This document shows positions 28,142-37,622 of a DNA stretch of 46,892 nucleotides, in pieces. Position 1 is the stretch's first letter; the number at the start of each line of letters is the position of its first letter. Both the position numbers and the translations under genes were made by a program. Source of the DNA: Chloroflexota bacterium. GTDB lineage: Bacteria > Chloroflexota > Dehalococcoidia > UBA2979. The stretch is taken from contig PANZ01000004.1 of the NCBI GenBank assembly GCA_002707835.1, forward strand, positions 1-46,892, in the 5' to 3' direction. The notes beneath the pieces were generated by a model that was not told the DNA's origin, searched no databases, and saw only the letters and a list, made by a program, of their open reading frames with translations.

Positions 28142-28247
28142 AGTTATAATCCTGTCAAAAGTTAATATATTATGTCTTTTTATAGCAAAACTGAGAGAAA
28201 TGTATAAGGGTTTGCTTGTTTTGCAGAAGATTTGGTGGTGACATAAA

Positions 28248-29222
28248 GTGCGAATCCATAACGTACAAGTTAATCGTGTTGTTGATTTTCCTATGATTAC
28301 TCCAAGTAGCGATTCTAGTATTGGTACTAATATACAAGGCCCTTCAGTAATAAAGGTTCCTGAATGGATTAAGAATCCTTTAGGTGCCTATTATCTTTAC
28401 TTTGCAGATCATAAAGGGAGTTATATTAGGCTGGCTTATGCAGATAATCCTTTGGGACCGTGGGCAATTTATTCTCCCGGCAGCCTTCAGCTCTCTGAAT
28501 CTTGTTTCCTTACAGAGGCACCAGAAATTTCTCCAGAAATGCTCAAGGAATATGAACTGCGCAGACAAGGTGCAGCGATATCTCATGATTTGTTAACGGA
28601 AATAAGTACCCCGCATATTGCATCACCAGATGTGATTGTGGATTCTTCAAATAAACTAATCCTAATGTATTTTCATGGGTTAGAATCTGCTGGTAATCAA
28701 GTATCACGCTTAGCATTTTCGGATGATGGGATTTCATTTCGTGCGAGATCAGCGATCCTTGGACGTACTTATATGCGAATTTTTAAGTATGAAGGTGAAA
28801 CTTACGCTCTTTCTATGCCCGGACAGGTGTATAAATCAGCTAACGGTCAGGATGATTTTAAAGAAGGCCCTTTGTTATTTAATCCTAATATGCGTCATTC
28901 TGCTGTTTTAGTACGTGATAACGTTCTTTTGGTTTTTTGGACTCAAGTAGGTGATATTCCTGAAAGTATACTGTTAAGTCGTATAGACCTAACGAACCAT
29001 TGGATGGACTGGCAAGCAGAAGATGCTATTGAATTACTTCATCCTGAATTTGATTGGGAAGGAGCTAATGCTCCTTTAGTTCCATCGGTGCGAAGTACAG
29101 CTTACGGGCATGTCAATCAATTGAGAGATCCAGCTATCTTGGTAAATAATGATGAAGTCTTTTTATACTATGCAATCGCAGGTGAAAGTGGAATCGCTGT
29201 AGTTAAGATAGAAATTGACTAA
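28248..29222 (+). CDS. hypothetical protein, possibly a five-bladed beta-propeller glycoside-hydrolase-like fold (GH43/GH32 clan)
   Basis: Repeated beta-strand-rich pattern with acidic motifs (HIASPDVIV, QLRDPAILV, IAGESGIAVV) reminiscent of clan GH-F/GH-J. GTG start 7 nt after GGTGGTG. The fold assignment is tentative. Confidence 0.35.
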   Translation: MRIHNVQVNRVVDFPMITPSSDSSIGTNIQGPSVIKVPEWIKNPLGAYYLYFADHKGSYIRLAYADNPLGPWAIYSPGSLQLSESCFLTEAPEISPEMLKEYELRRQGAAISHDLLTEISTPHIASPDVIVDSSNKLILMYFHGLESAGNQVSRLAFSDDGISFRARSAILGRTYMRIFKYEGETYALSMPGQVYKSANGQDDFKEGPLLFNPNMRHSAVLVRDNVLLVFWTQVGDIPESILLSRIDLTNHWMDWQAEDAIELLHPEFDWEGANAPLVPSVRSTAYGHVNQLRDPAILVNNDEVFLYYAIAGESGIAVVKIEID

Positions 29223-29226
29223 TGCC

Positions 29227-29850
29227 TTATAAAGGCTCTCCCCAAACTCCAAGAGATGTGACTTCAGCAAGCGGTTTCCTTTGTACAGGTCCAAAATTTC
29301 CTTTTGGATATCCTATTGGCACACAATAAACAATCTGTACATTTTCTGGCATGTTGAACATAGATTTTACTTGATCTTCTACAGATGGATGAAGTGTTGT
29401 AATTGTACCTCCTATACCCAATGAACGTGCAGTTAGTAGTAAGTTCTGCACTGCAGGAATTACTGATCCCATAGGACCAGAACCTTGTGCGGTTGCACAA
29501 ATAAGAATAATGGCAGGTGCTGTTGCGATCTCATCAGAAAGTTTCATGGCAGACAGAGTGGTTTTATTGTTTTCTGCGATATCTTCAGGTTTATATATCC
29601 CTTGGTCTGCACGTTTTGCCCACCATGCCTGATGATATAACTCTGCGAATTCTTGTTTCTGCTTTTTATCTTTGATAACTAGAAAATGCCAAGGTTGTGA
29701 GTTTCCACCTGAGGGTGCTTGGGTGGCAGAAAGTAAAATGTCCTTAATGATTTCATTGTCAATAGGTTCATTTTTGAAACGTCGAATTGCTCTTAAAGTG
29801 AAAATGGCTTCTCCCAAGCTAATTGGAAATCGTTCGTTAGGGTTCATCAT
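29227..29850 (-). CDS. nitroreductase family (FMN-dependent) oxidoreductase
   Basis: LRAIRRFKNEPI...ATQAPSGGNSQPWHFLVI signature. AAGGAA RBS. Confidence 0.9.
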   Translation of the reverse strand: MMNPNERFPISLGEAIFTLRAIRRFKNEPIDNEIIKDILLSATQAPSGGNSQPWHFLVIKDKKQKQEFAELYHQAWWAKRADQGIYKPEDIAENNKTTLSAMKLSDEIATAPAIILICATAQGSGPMGSVIPAVQNLLLTARSLGIGGTITTLHPSVEDQVKSMFNMPENVQIVYCVPIGYPKGNFGPVQRKPLAEVTSLGVWGEPL

Positions 29851-29856
29851 GTTTCC

Positions 29857-30771
29857 TTAATTATCTTCCATGATTGGTGGGTTTGAATAACTTTCAGATG
29901 GGTTCTTTTTGGAAAGAATAGGGTTTTGCATTTCTATAATGTGTTCCGTCCTGTTCTTAATTCTATTGAGAGGTACATCTTCAGTGAGAATCCAAAATTG
30001 TTCATCTTGGATAGCTTGCATTACCTGCTTTGCAACTATTTCAGGAGGGAGACCATGGCTAAAATGTTTATCTCCTTGTCTAATTTGTTCATCTATCATT
30101 TTTAGTGTTGGTTTTTCACTATTTTCCCACATGCTATCTGGCCTATTTCGACCAGATGAGAAAATGCGCGTATTAATAATACCTGGGCATAGTACAGATG
30201 CTTTGATAGGAGAATCAATTTCCTCTAATTGAAAGAAAAGTGCTTCTGAGATCCGAACTACAGCATGTTTTGTTGCTCCATAAATTCCTGAAGTAGATCC
30301 TCCAAGTAGGCCAGCCATTGAAGCTGTATTGACTATATGTCCAGGTTCATTTTGTTTTAACATTGAAGGAAGGAATTCTTTTATTCCATTAAGTACTCCT
30401 GAGACATTGACACCAAATGTCCAATCCCAGAGAGAAGATGATTGTTCCCAAAGTGGTTTGTTCCGTTGCCCGACAAAGTCCAGATCTCCAGCCACACCTG
30501 CATTGTTGCAAAGTATATGGACCTTACCGAAATGGTCGATGGTTTTTTTGTATAAATTTGCAACATCTTTTTGATTGCTGACATCTGTAATTATTCCAAT
30601 TACATCAATATCATGTGATTGAAGTTCATTCACAGCATTATCAAGCGAATTTTCCTCTATGTCAGCTATGACTACTTTCATTCCTTCTGTACCAAATTGA
30701 TATGCAAATGCTTTACCAATTCCTGATGCACCGCCAGTTATGACTGCTACTTGATCTTTAAAAATGTGCAT
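29857..30771 (-). CDS. short-chain dehydrogenase/reductase (extended C-terminus)
   Basis: TGGASGIG, NNAG and YGATK motifs. GAAGGTGA RBS. Confidence 0.9.
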   Translation of the reverse strand: MHIFKDQVAVITGGASGIGKAFAYQFGTEGMKVVIADIEENSLDNAVNELQSHDIDVIGIITDVSNQKDVANLYKKTIDHFGKVHILCNNAGVAGDLDFVGQRNKPLWEQSSSLWDWTFGVNVSGVLNGIKEFLPSMLKQNEPGHIVNTASMAGLLGGSTSGIYGATKHAVVRISEALFFQLEEIDSPIKASVLCPGIINTRIFSSGRNRPDSMWENSEKPTLKMIDEQIRQGDKHFSHGLPPEIVAKQVMQAIQDEQFWILTEDVPLNRIKNRTEHIIEMQNPILSKKNPSESYSNPPIMEDN

Positions 30772-30784
30772 AAATCATCACCTT

Positions 30785-31240
30785 CTATGTCAATCCATCT
30801 TGATTATCTAGCGTAGCGAGTAAATTGTATGCCCACCCGGCCATCAGCGTAGAATCTTCTTCATCATTCCAATCGAATGCATTATGCAGAACGGAATCTT
30901 CAGGTTTTGCTAAATCTGTTAAGGAGGTTAGCGGGATGTCATCAAATGATGACACTCGCATAGTTTCTTTAAGTATATTTAGTTCTTCGAAGGCATCGTG
31001 TAAATCGATTGCACCAGGAAAAGGCATTAGAATTCCTTGTTGTGGAACAATTTGTGATGATGTGAGAGGTACATCATTAAAATTTTGCTGAGGGAAAGTC
31101 AGAATTTGATTAATAGAAGGTATGATGTGCATTTCTAGTGCTTCTGCAAGTGATTCAAAACTTGCAGAAAGTGCATTTAGCTTTTCTTCTAGAGCATTTA
31201 TTTTCTGTTCAAGTTCTTCGTGATTATGAATTTCCGTCAT
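30785..31240 (-). CDS. hypothetical acidic protein with N-terminal coiled coil and an internal duplicated motif
   Basis: EELEQKINALEEKLNAL heptad-like N-terminus. Duplicated NFNDVPLTS / SFDDIPLTS and DLHDAFEE / VLHNAFDW motifs. The start overlaps the stop of the upstream small ORF (ATGA). Confidence 0.5.
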   Translation of the reverse strand: MTEIHNHEELEQKINALEEKLNALSASFESLAEALEMHIIPSINQILTFPQQNFNDVPLTSSQIVPQQGILMPFPGAIDLHDAFEELNILKETMRVSSFDDIPLTSLTDLAKPEDSVLHNAFDWNDEEDSTLMAGWAYNLLATLDNQDGLT

Positions 31241-31434
31241 GATGTCCCCTGTATAAAAAGATCACTAACAACAAGATAGACTCCGATACCTCCTGTAAAA
31301 ACAATCCATAACCAGCTATCTCCAACTAGAAAGATTGATGGTCTAGTTTCGTTTGGATCACGCTGTCTTTTTCTGTACGTTTGTATTCCAGCCACAAAAA
31401 TGCACAATAACCCGACTAGCAGTTCGTAGGACAT
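31237..31434 (-). CDS. small membrane protein (65 aa, two predicted TM helices)
   Basis: The internal ATG at 31434 (MSYELLVGLLCIFVAG...) is preceded by GGGGG 5 nt upstream. Two hydrophobic helices flank a KRQRDPNETR loop. The longer 199-aa track ORF would run antisense into the dehydrogenase gene. Confidence 0.5.
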   Translation of the reverse strand: MSYELLVGLLCIFVAGIQTYRKRQRDPNETRPSIFLVGDSWLWIVFTGGIGVYLVVSDLFIQGTS

Positions 31435-31552
31435 AATACCCCCAGTTATAGTATTACCTTTCAGTATAGAGTAACTGGTTTTTCGGAGCACTCCTAGTGA
31501 TGTAATTTTACAGAGGTGTGGTAGTTTAGTTGATGATAGTAAGGAGTTACTA

Positions 31553-32617
31553 ATGACGATTCGAGTTTTTAATGGTGGTCGACCACTTTCTGACCCTACA
31601 TTTTTTACAGCACACGGTTTTGAATTAGTTGAGCAATCAGTTAATGCACGTACTTCGAAAGAAGAATATATAGATCTATTAAGAGATGTTGATGGTGCTA
31701 TGGTTGGCACATTACCTTTAACGGATGCAGAAGTACTTCGATCTTGCCCGAAGTTGAAAGTACTTAGCAGATCTGGAGTTGGAGTAGACTCCATAGACTT
31801 AGATACAGCCACTGAATTGGGTATATTAGCTTGCAATACACCTGGTGTTAATACTACTGAAGTGGCAGATCACGCGATGGGTCTTTTATTAGCTTTAACC
31901 AGATTGATTCGCGAATTTGATGGAGAGGTAAAATCTGGGAATTGGAGTTCTAATCCAGCACTTGTTCGTGAAAAAGTTAGTGATCTTCGTCGTATAGCTG
32001 GAAGTACAGTAGGCATAGTAGGTTTTGGAAATATTGGAAAAGCATTTGCGACACGCGTACGTGGTTTTGGTCCCTTCAAAATCCTTGCGTATGACCCTTA
32101 TATTGCTCAAACGACAGCAGATTTATTTGGGGTTCAACTGGTTGAATTCAAGGAACTGTTAACAGAATCTGATTTTATTAGTGTTCACGCCCCTTCAACA
32201 ACTGAGACAAACCATCTATTCAATCCCGAAGCATTCAGAACGATGAAAACTTCTAGTATTCTTGTCAATACTGCTAGAGGTCCGATAGTAGATGGGAGCG
32301 CACTGTATGAAGCACTAGTAAATTCTGAAATTAGTGCTGCAGCTTTGGACGTGACAGAGATAGAACCTATTGATGCTCAAGATCCTTTGCTTAATTTAGA
32401 TAACTTGATTATTACTCCTCACATTGCCACTGGGTCACCTGTGTCTGCGCGTGAAATGAGTCGTAAACAGGCAGAAAATATTGTTCGTGTATTGACAGGC
32501 GTTGCGCCACATGGCATTGGTAATCCTGAAGCAATTAAGACTATTGCTATAATGAGACAAAATGGAGACGTTCGTTGGGAGGGAATTCCCGATTTCTCCA
32601 CAGCTTTGGCACTATAA
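31553..32617 (+). CDS. D-isomer-specific 2-hydroxyacid dehydrogenase (glyoxylate/hydroxypyruvate reductase or PGDH/CtBP-like)
   Basis: GFGNIGKAFA NAD loop and the catalytic triad context NTARG / LDVTEIEP / ITPHIA. AAGGAG RBS. Confidence 0.9.
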   Translation: MTIRVFNGGRPLSDPTFFTAHGFELVEQSVNARTSKEEYIDLLRDVDGAMVGTLPLTDAEVLRSCPKLKVLSRSGVGVDSIDLDTATELGILACNTPGVNTTEVADHAMGLLLALTRLIREFDGEVKSGNWSSNPALVREKVSDLRRIAGSTVGIVGFGNIGKAFATRVRGFGPFKILAYDPYIAQTTADLFGVQLVEFKELLTESDFISVHAPSTTETNHLFNPEAFRTMKTSSILVNTARGPIVDGSALYEALVNSEISAAALDVTEIEPIDAQDPLLNLDNLIITPHIATGSPVSAREMSRKQAENIVRVLTGVAPHGIGNPEAIKTIAIMRQNGDVRWEGIPDFSTALAL

Positions 32618-32641
32618 ATTGTTCTTATCCGGAGTGTACCT

Positions 32642-33058
32642 TTGAAGGCCGATACCATATTGATATATGTGCGTCATATAGTTTCATTTCTTGTGGGAAT
32701 TGGTTTTATTTATATTGGTGTCGATCATTTTCTCGATCCAAATTGGTTTAAACCGATCGTTCCAAATATTATTGGATTCCCTATGTTTTGGGTGTTGTTG
32801 AGTGGGTTGTGTGAAGTAATTTTAGGATTTTTATTGATATTGCCTAAATCACGACGATTGGCTGCTTTGGGACTGGTATTACTGTTAATTGTGTTGTACT
32901 CAGCAAATTTAAATATGTGGATCAATAATATTGCATTGGATGGAATATACCTAAGCCACACATGGCATACTGTTAGAGCTGTGATTCAAATTCTATTAAT
33001 CTTTATTGCACTTTGGCTAGGTGAATTTATTCCATTTACCAGAGGTAAAAAAAGGTAA
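32642..33058 (+). CDS. DoxX-like small membrane protein
   Basis: 138 aa with four TM segments and a GLCEVILGFLLILPKSRRLAALG pattern typical of the DoxX/MauE-like family. TTG start 7 nt after GGAG. Confidence 0.5.
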   Translation: MKADTILIYVRHIVSFLVGIGFIYIGVDHFLDPNWFKPIVPNIIGFPMFWVLLSGLCEVILGFLLILPKSRRLAALGLVLLLIVLYSANLNMWINNIALDGIYLSHTWHTVRAVIQILLIFIALWLGEFIPFTRGKKR

Positions 33059-33075
33059 ATCCAACTTTCGATGTA

Positions 33076-33609
33076 TTAGATCCCTAAACCTGGTTTTCCA
33101 ACCATTGTGAGTGCCATATTGATTTGTCCATAATGATTATTACCGTGATTTATAATAACCTGCCCAATAATATCTTTTTTGGCAAGATTACCATTCGGCT
33201 TGATATCGATGCGCTCTAATAAATATTCATCACTCATTGCTCCTATTCGTGGAACAATGGCAGTTGAAACGTCACGTGAATATTGGGCGAGTTGCGCTGC
33301 ACCTGGGAATCGAAGTGCATATGCCTCCTCTGGTGTCATGCCAGTTCCTTGGTCCGCCTTAGGAAGCCCCCATTTTTCATTTAGTCCTTGCACAATCCAA
33401 ATAGGCATTTCTCGTTCAAAAGCAAAGTGAATGAGATTATCTGCTGTTCTAATAATGTGCCATGCATCGAACGCGATTGAATTACACGGGCCATCAGGTC
33501 GGTAGTGTAATTCCTCTAGATTAAGATCTTCAATAGCAGTGGCAGTCTGCTTAAGCAAATTTTCTGTATATTTTGCAAGGTAGTTTTGTAGATTCACTGT
33601 ATCGCTCAT
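33076..33609 (-). CDS. DinB-family (four-helix-bundle, putative metal-dependent) protein
   Basis: HYRPDGPCNSIAFDAWHIIRTADNLI and C-terminal INHGNNHYGQI His motifs typical of the DinB/YfiT-like family. Confidence 0.75.
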   Translation of the reverse strand: MSDTVNLQNYLAKYTENLLKQTATAIEDLNLEELHYRPDGPCNSIAFDAWHIIRTADNLIHFAFEREMPIWIVQGLNEKWGLPKADQGTGMTPEEAYALRFPGAAQLAQYSRDVSTAIVPRIGAMSDEYLLERIDIKPNGNLAKKDIIGQVIINHGNNHYGQINMALTMVGKPGLGI

Positions 33610-33724
33610 TATGCCTCTATCTCTAATATTTATCTAATATACCATGATTTGCATCAAGATATTTTCTTCAGTTTTTGATATGATGCCGCTAAATAGCACT
33701 GCTTTTTAGCTGAGAGAGAATTTG

Positions 33725-35434
33725 ATGACTACTACTACGAAGAGCAATTTTACGGATAGTGCCAATAATCTGTATGCATCTCTTGAAGAAAAAGTTATGG
33801 ATCGTGATCAAGTTGGTGCTAGTAATGTTTTCTATGAATTATTGAGGCAAGGACGTCCATTAAATGAGATGATTCGTGAAACTGTTCGTATCCACGCTCC
33901 GTATACTCATACACCCTTCCATCAACGTATTGATAATGGCGTTGTCAGATTTGTTAATAATGATCATTGTTTACTTAGCGCTCGTGCAAGTTGGCGTATG
34001 CCAGATTTCTTACCAGAGCGATTAAAATTTCTACCGATGGCACAGACGATTTGGTATGTACCAACTGGTCTTGATGTATGGAATCAATTACTCGGACGTG
34101 CACCTGGCCATTATGGCCGACGAGTCTATGATGAAGCGAAATTTCCTGAACCTCCTCTTCCTGAAGCGCACTGGGAGGACAGTGATGCTATGGATATAGA
34201 GGGATCACTTGATGAACGCCTTAATTATTGGTTGACATTGGTTCAATACAGCAAAGCTGAAGAGTCTTACGCTGTTTTCCGTGGTTTATTAAAAAATGAA
34301 AAAGATCGTCCACAAGTATTCGCTCATCTTATGTTTGCTGGACTTATCGATGTCCAAGATCGCATTTTGTATAACCGTAGTTACACCACAGGGCATAAGT
34401 CGTATCGAGCACGTGCCACAATTGAATTATCTAGTGCAGTTGGCTGGGAAAAAGCACACGACGTAATATATGCTGGAGTTCCTGATATTGCTGTTGGTCC
34501 ACACTGGTACTCTGCTTATGAAATGGCATGTGAGGTTGAGAAAAATTTTCTTGAACTGAATCCTCCAACTTCATCGTTGGCTCCTACACTTGTTACTACT
34601 ACTGATAGTAATCTTTTTGCGCAAGAAACAGATTTGTCACATGCGGAACAAGCAATGTTAATGCGTTCATTGTTAGAAGAAGTAGAACCTTCATACATTG
34701 AAGCTATTATCGGATTGTTGAAATCTGGAAAGTCCCCACAAAAAATACTCGATGCAATTCAAATTGCTGCTGCAGAAATTGTGCTTCGATGTGGGACACC
34801 ACAAAGCTTTTCAATGCCTCAGCATGGTTATGAATATACGAATACTCTTTCTTGGTTTTATGCTAATTTCCAGCATCCTCACAAAACAAAATTACTTTTT
34901 GTGGCGGGGTCTTTTATCAATCAGTGTGCGATGTTAATAAAGAACACTCCTGGTAATGGTCGTCCAACTTTTACTCCTCCTCAAGCAGCAGATGCTCTGT
35001 CCAAAGAAAAACTGTTGTCACAACTTGATGCTGCAATCACAGCACTACAACCTGATGAAGCAGCGTCCTGGACACAAGCTTACTTAGATGCCGGACACGA
35101 AAGAAGATCTTTGGTTGCGACCCTTACTTTTGCAGCTGCTAAGCAGGGCAATGATCCACATAATCAAGAAATTGGATTATGCATGATTGAAGATTATGCC
35201 CGTACCAGTTCTCCTTTACGAGATCGATTGTTATTGGCTTGTGCAAAACATACTGCTGGTCATATTAAATATGGCAATCCTATGGAATCGTACAGTCGTT
35301 TTGCTAGTGAATTTGATCTGCCTTCGACTACAGATGTAAACGGTCAGGCTGAGCCTTTCGAAGCGCTACTAGACGAATTGGAGGAAGTTCCATTGGAAGA
35401 TATTGAATCTACACCTCCAAGGATACAGTTATAA
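33725..35434 (+). CDS. hypothetical protein (569-570 aa, soluble, His-rich motifs, no recognised family)
   Basis: Long intact ORF with a GAGAGAGA RBS. It stops 4 nt before the malate synthase G start. No TM segments or known motifs recognised. Confidence 0.6.
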   Translation: MTTTTKSNFTDSANNLYASLEEKVMDRDQVGASNVFYELLRQGRPLNEMIRETVRIHAPYTHTPFHQRIDNGVVRFVNNDHCLLSARASWRMPDFLPERLKFLPMAQTIWYVPTGLDVWNQLLGRAPGHYGRRVYDEAKFPEPPLPEAHWEDSDAMDIEGSLDERLNYWLTLVQYSKAEESYAVFRGLLKNEKDRPQVFAHLMFAGLIDVQDRILYNRSYTTGHKSYRARATIELSSAVGWEKAHDVIYAGVPDIAVGPHWYSAYEMACEVEKNFLELNPPTSSLAPTLVTTTDSNLFAQETDLSHAEQAMLMRSLLEEVEPSYIEAIIGLLKSGKSPQKILDAIQIAAAEIVLRCGTPQSFSMPQHGYEYTNTLSWFYANFQHPHKTKLLFVAGSFINQCAMLIKNTPGNGRPTFTPPQAADALSKEKLLSQLDAAITALQPDEAASWTQAYLDAGHERRSLVATLTFAAAKQGNDPHNQEIGLCMIEDYARTSSPLRDRLLLACAKHTAGHIKYGNPMESYSRFASEFDLPSTTDVNGQAEPFEALLDELEEVPLEDIESTPPRIQL

Positions 35435-35438
35435 AAAT

Positions 35439-37622
35439 ATGAATGAAAAATACGTTGATATAGCAAACCTCAAAGTTGCTGAACCACTGTACCAGTTAGT
35501 TGATGAAACTATTCTTCCTGGGTTAGAAATTTCAAGTAATCAAGTTTGGAAATTACTTAGCCAGCTTGTCACAGATTTAGGGCCTCGTAATCAAGATCAC
35601 TTAGATTTACGTGATGATCTTCAAAATCAAATTGATGAATGGTTAAAAATCTCTGCCGATAATAAGTTCTCTGAAGAAGACTCGTTGACATTTCTTCAAT
35701 CAATAGGATATTTGGTTCCTGAGGGTCCAGATTTTCAAGTTGTAACTACTAATGTCGACACAGAAATTGCCCATTTGGCAGGACCACAACTTGTTGTTCC
35801 TGTTGATAATGCTCGTTATGCATTGAATGCAGCTAATGCTCGTTGGGGGAGCTTATTCGATGCACTATATGGCACTAATATTATTTCTGAAAATAATGGA
35901 GCTGAAAAAACCTCTGGGTATAATCCAGTGCGAGGCGAACAGGTAATTACATACGTTAATATTTTGTTGGATGATATTATTCCAATACAAAATGCCCTAT
36001 GGAATGATGTGCGTTCATTTGCAGTGCAAGATTCCAAACTTTCTTTCGTAATGTCCGATGGATCGCTTGCCAGTTTAGTTGATCCTGAAAATTTTGTTGG
36101 CTATACAGGAGATCTTAGTAACTTATCAAGTGTTTTATTTCAACATAATGATTTACATATTGATTTGCTTATCGATCCTCATGACCCTGTAGGGGCCCAG
36201 CATTCTGCATCAATTAAAGATGTGATGTTGGAAGCTGCAGTAACTACAATTATGGATTGCGAAGATGCTGTTGCTGCAGTTGATGCAGAAGATAAAGTTA
36301 ATGTCTATGCAAACTGGTTAGGTTTAATGAAAGGGACTCTAGAGACAACTTTTATCAAAGCGGATGAAGAAATTATCCGAACGCTGAATGATGATCGAAG
36401 TTATACAGCCAGCGATGGTTCTGAAATAACACTTTCCGCTAGAAGCCTCATGTTAATTCGACATGTCGGAGCTCACATTTATACAGATGTAGTCACTACT
36501 GAATCTGGTGCATTGATCCCTGAAACTTTCTTAGATGCTGTCATTACTATTTTGGCATCTATACATGACATCAATAATCAGGGATTTTTGAAGAATAGTC
36601 TTCAGAAGAGTGTCTATGTTGTAAAACCAAAACAACATGGTCCTGATGAAATTGCCTTATCTGTAGAATTGTTTGAACGTATTGAAGAAGCTTTTGGTAT
36701 TGAAAGCGGGACTGTAAAAATTGGGATAATGGATGAAGAACGTCGAACTACTTTAAATCTTAAAGAATGTATTCGTGCTGCAAAAGATCGAGTAATTTTC
36801 ATTAATACTGGTTTTCTCGATAGAACAGGCGATGAAATACATACACATATGCATGCAGGCGCAATGATTCCAAAACCTGACATTAAATCTGCACGTTGGA
36901 TGGTTGCATATGAAGATTGGAATGTGGATATAGGGATTGCGACAGGACTTGCAGGAAATGCTCAGATAGGGAAGGGTATGTGGGCTCAACCTGATGAAAT
37001 GTTAGCGATGCTTGAAACTAAACATGGGCATCCCTATGCAGGTGCTAGTTGTGCATGGGTTCCATCTCCAACTGCAGCTACTTTACATTCTATTCACTAT
37101 CACCAAACCTATGTCCGTGAAAGGCAACGTATTATTGCAGATCGTACTCACGCTTCAATAAATGATTTACTTTCTCCGCCTTTACTAAAAGATCAAATAC
37201 TTAGTTCTGAAGATATTCAAAATGAGTTGGAGAACAACTTACAAGGAATTTTAGGATATGTTGCTCGTTGGGTAGAACAAGGTATTGGATGTTCTAAAGT
37301 TCCTGATATTAATGACGTAGGATTAATGGAAGATCGCGCAACTTTACGTATATCAAGTCAGCATGTGAGTAATTGGTTGTTACATGGGCTTATTGATGAA
37401 AATCAAGTATTGAAAACTATGGAAAAAATGGCAGAAGTTGTCGATCGACAAAATATTGATGATGCAGGATACACACCAATGGCCTCTGATTTTGAGAATA
37501 GCTTTGCCTTTCAAGCTGCTGTGGCATTAATTTTTGAAGGTAGAGAACAGCCGAATGGATATACAGAACTTTTGTTATGGAAGTATCGAAAAGCATATAA
37601 AGCTAATACCTTAATTGATTAA
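35439..37622 (+). CDS. glcB: malate synthase G
   Basis: Collinear with E. coli GlcB along the whole length (GPQLVVPVDNARYALNAANARWGSL, MDCEDAVAAVDAEDK, GIMDEERRTTLNLK, INTGFLDRTGDE, AWVPSPTAATLH, GCSKVPDI...MEDRATLRISSQH). The ATG at 35439 gives a 727-aa protein. Confidence 0.97.
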   Translation: MNEKYVDIANLKVAEPLYQLVDETILPGLEISSNQVWKLLSQLVTDLGPRNQDHLDLRDDLQNQIDEWLKISADNKFSEEDSLTFLQSIGYLVPEGPDFQVVTTNVDTEIAHLAGPQLVVPVDNARYALNAANARWGSLFDALYGTNIISENNGAEKTSGYNPVRGEQVITYVNILLDDIIPIQNALWNDVRSFAVQDSKLSFVMSDGSLASLVDPENFVGYTGDLSNLSSVLFQHNDLHIDLLIDPHDPVGAQHSASIKDVMLEAAVTTIMDCEDAVAAVDAEDKVNVYANWLGLMKGTLETTFIKADEEIIRTLNDDRSYTASDGSEITLSARSLMLIRHVGAHIYTDVVTTESGALIPETFLDAVITILASIHDINNQGFLKNSLQKSVYVVKPKQHGPDEIALSVELFERIEEAFGIESGTVKIGIMDEERRTTLNLKECIRAAKDRVIFINTGFLDRTGDEIHTHMHAGAMIPKPDIKSARWMVAYEDWNVDIGIATGLAGNAQIGKGMWAQPDEMLAMLETKHGHPYAGASCAWVPSPTAATLHSIHYHQTYVRERQRIIADRTHASINDLLSPPLLKDQILSSEDIQNELENNLQGILGYVARWVEQGIGCSKVPDINDVGLMEDRATLRISSQHVSNWLLHGLIDENQVLKTMEKMAEVVDRQNIDDAGYTPMASDFENSFAFQAAVALIFEGREQPNGYTELLLWKYRKAYKANTLID

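Noticed and set aside
31435-31836. N-terminal 134 codons of the 199-aa minus-strand ORF, overlapping the start of the 2-hydroxyacid dehydrogenase gene
   Set aside because: This part is antisense to a strongly supported CDS and is Ser/Thr-rich with no features. A good RBS plus ATG at 31434 explains the hydrophobic C-terminal part as a separate 65-aa gene.
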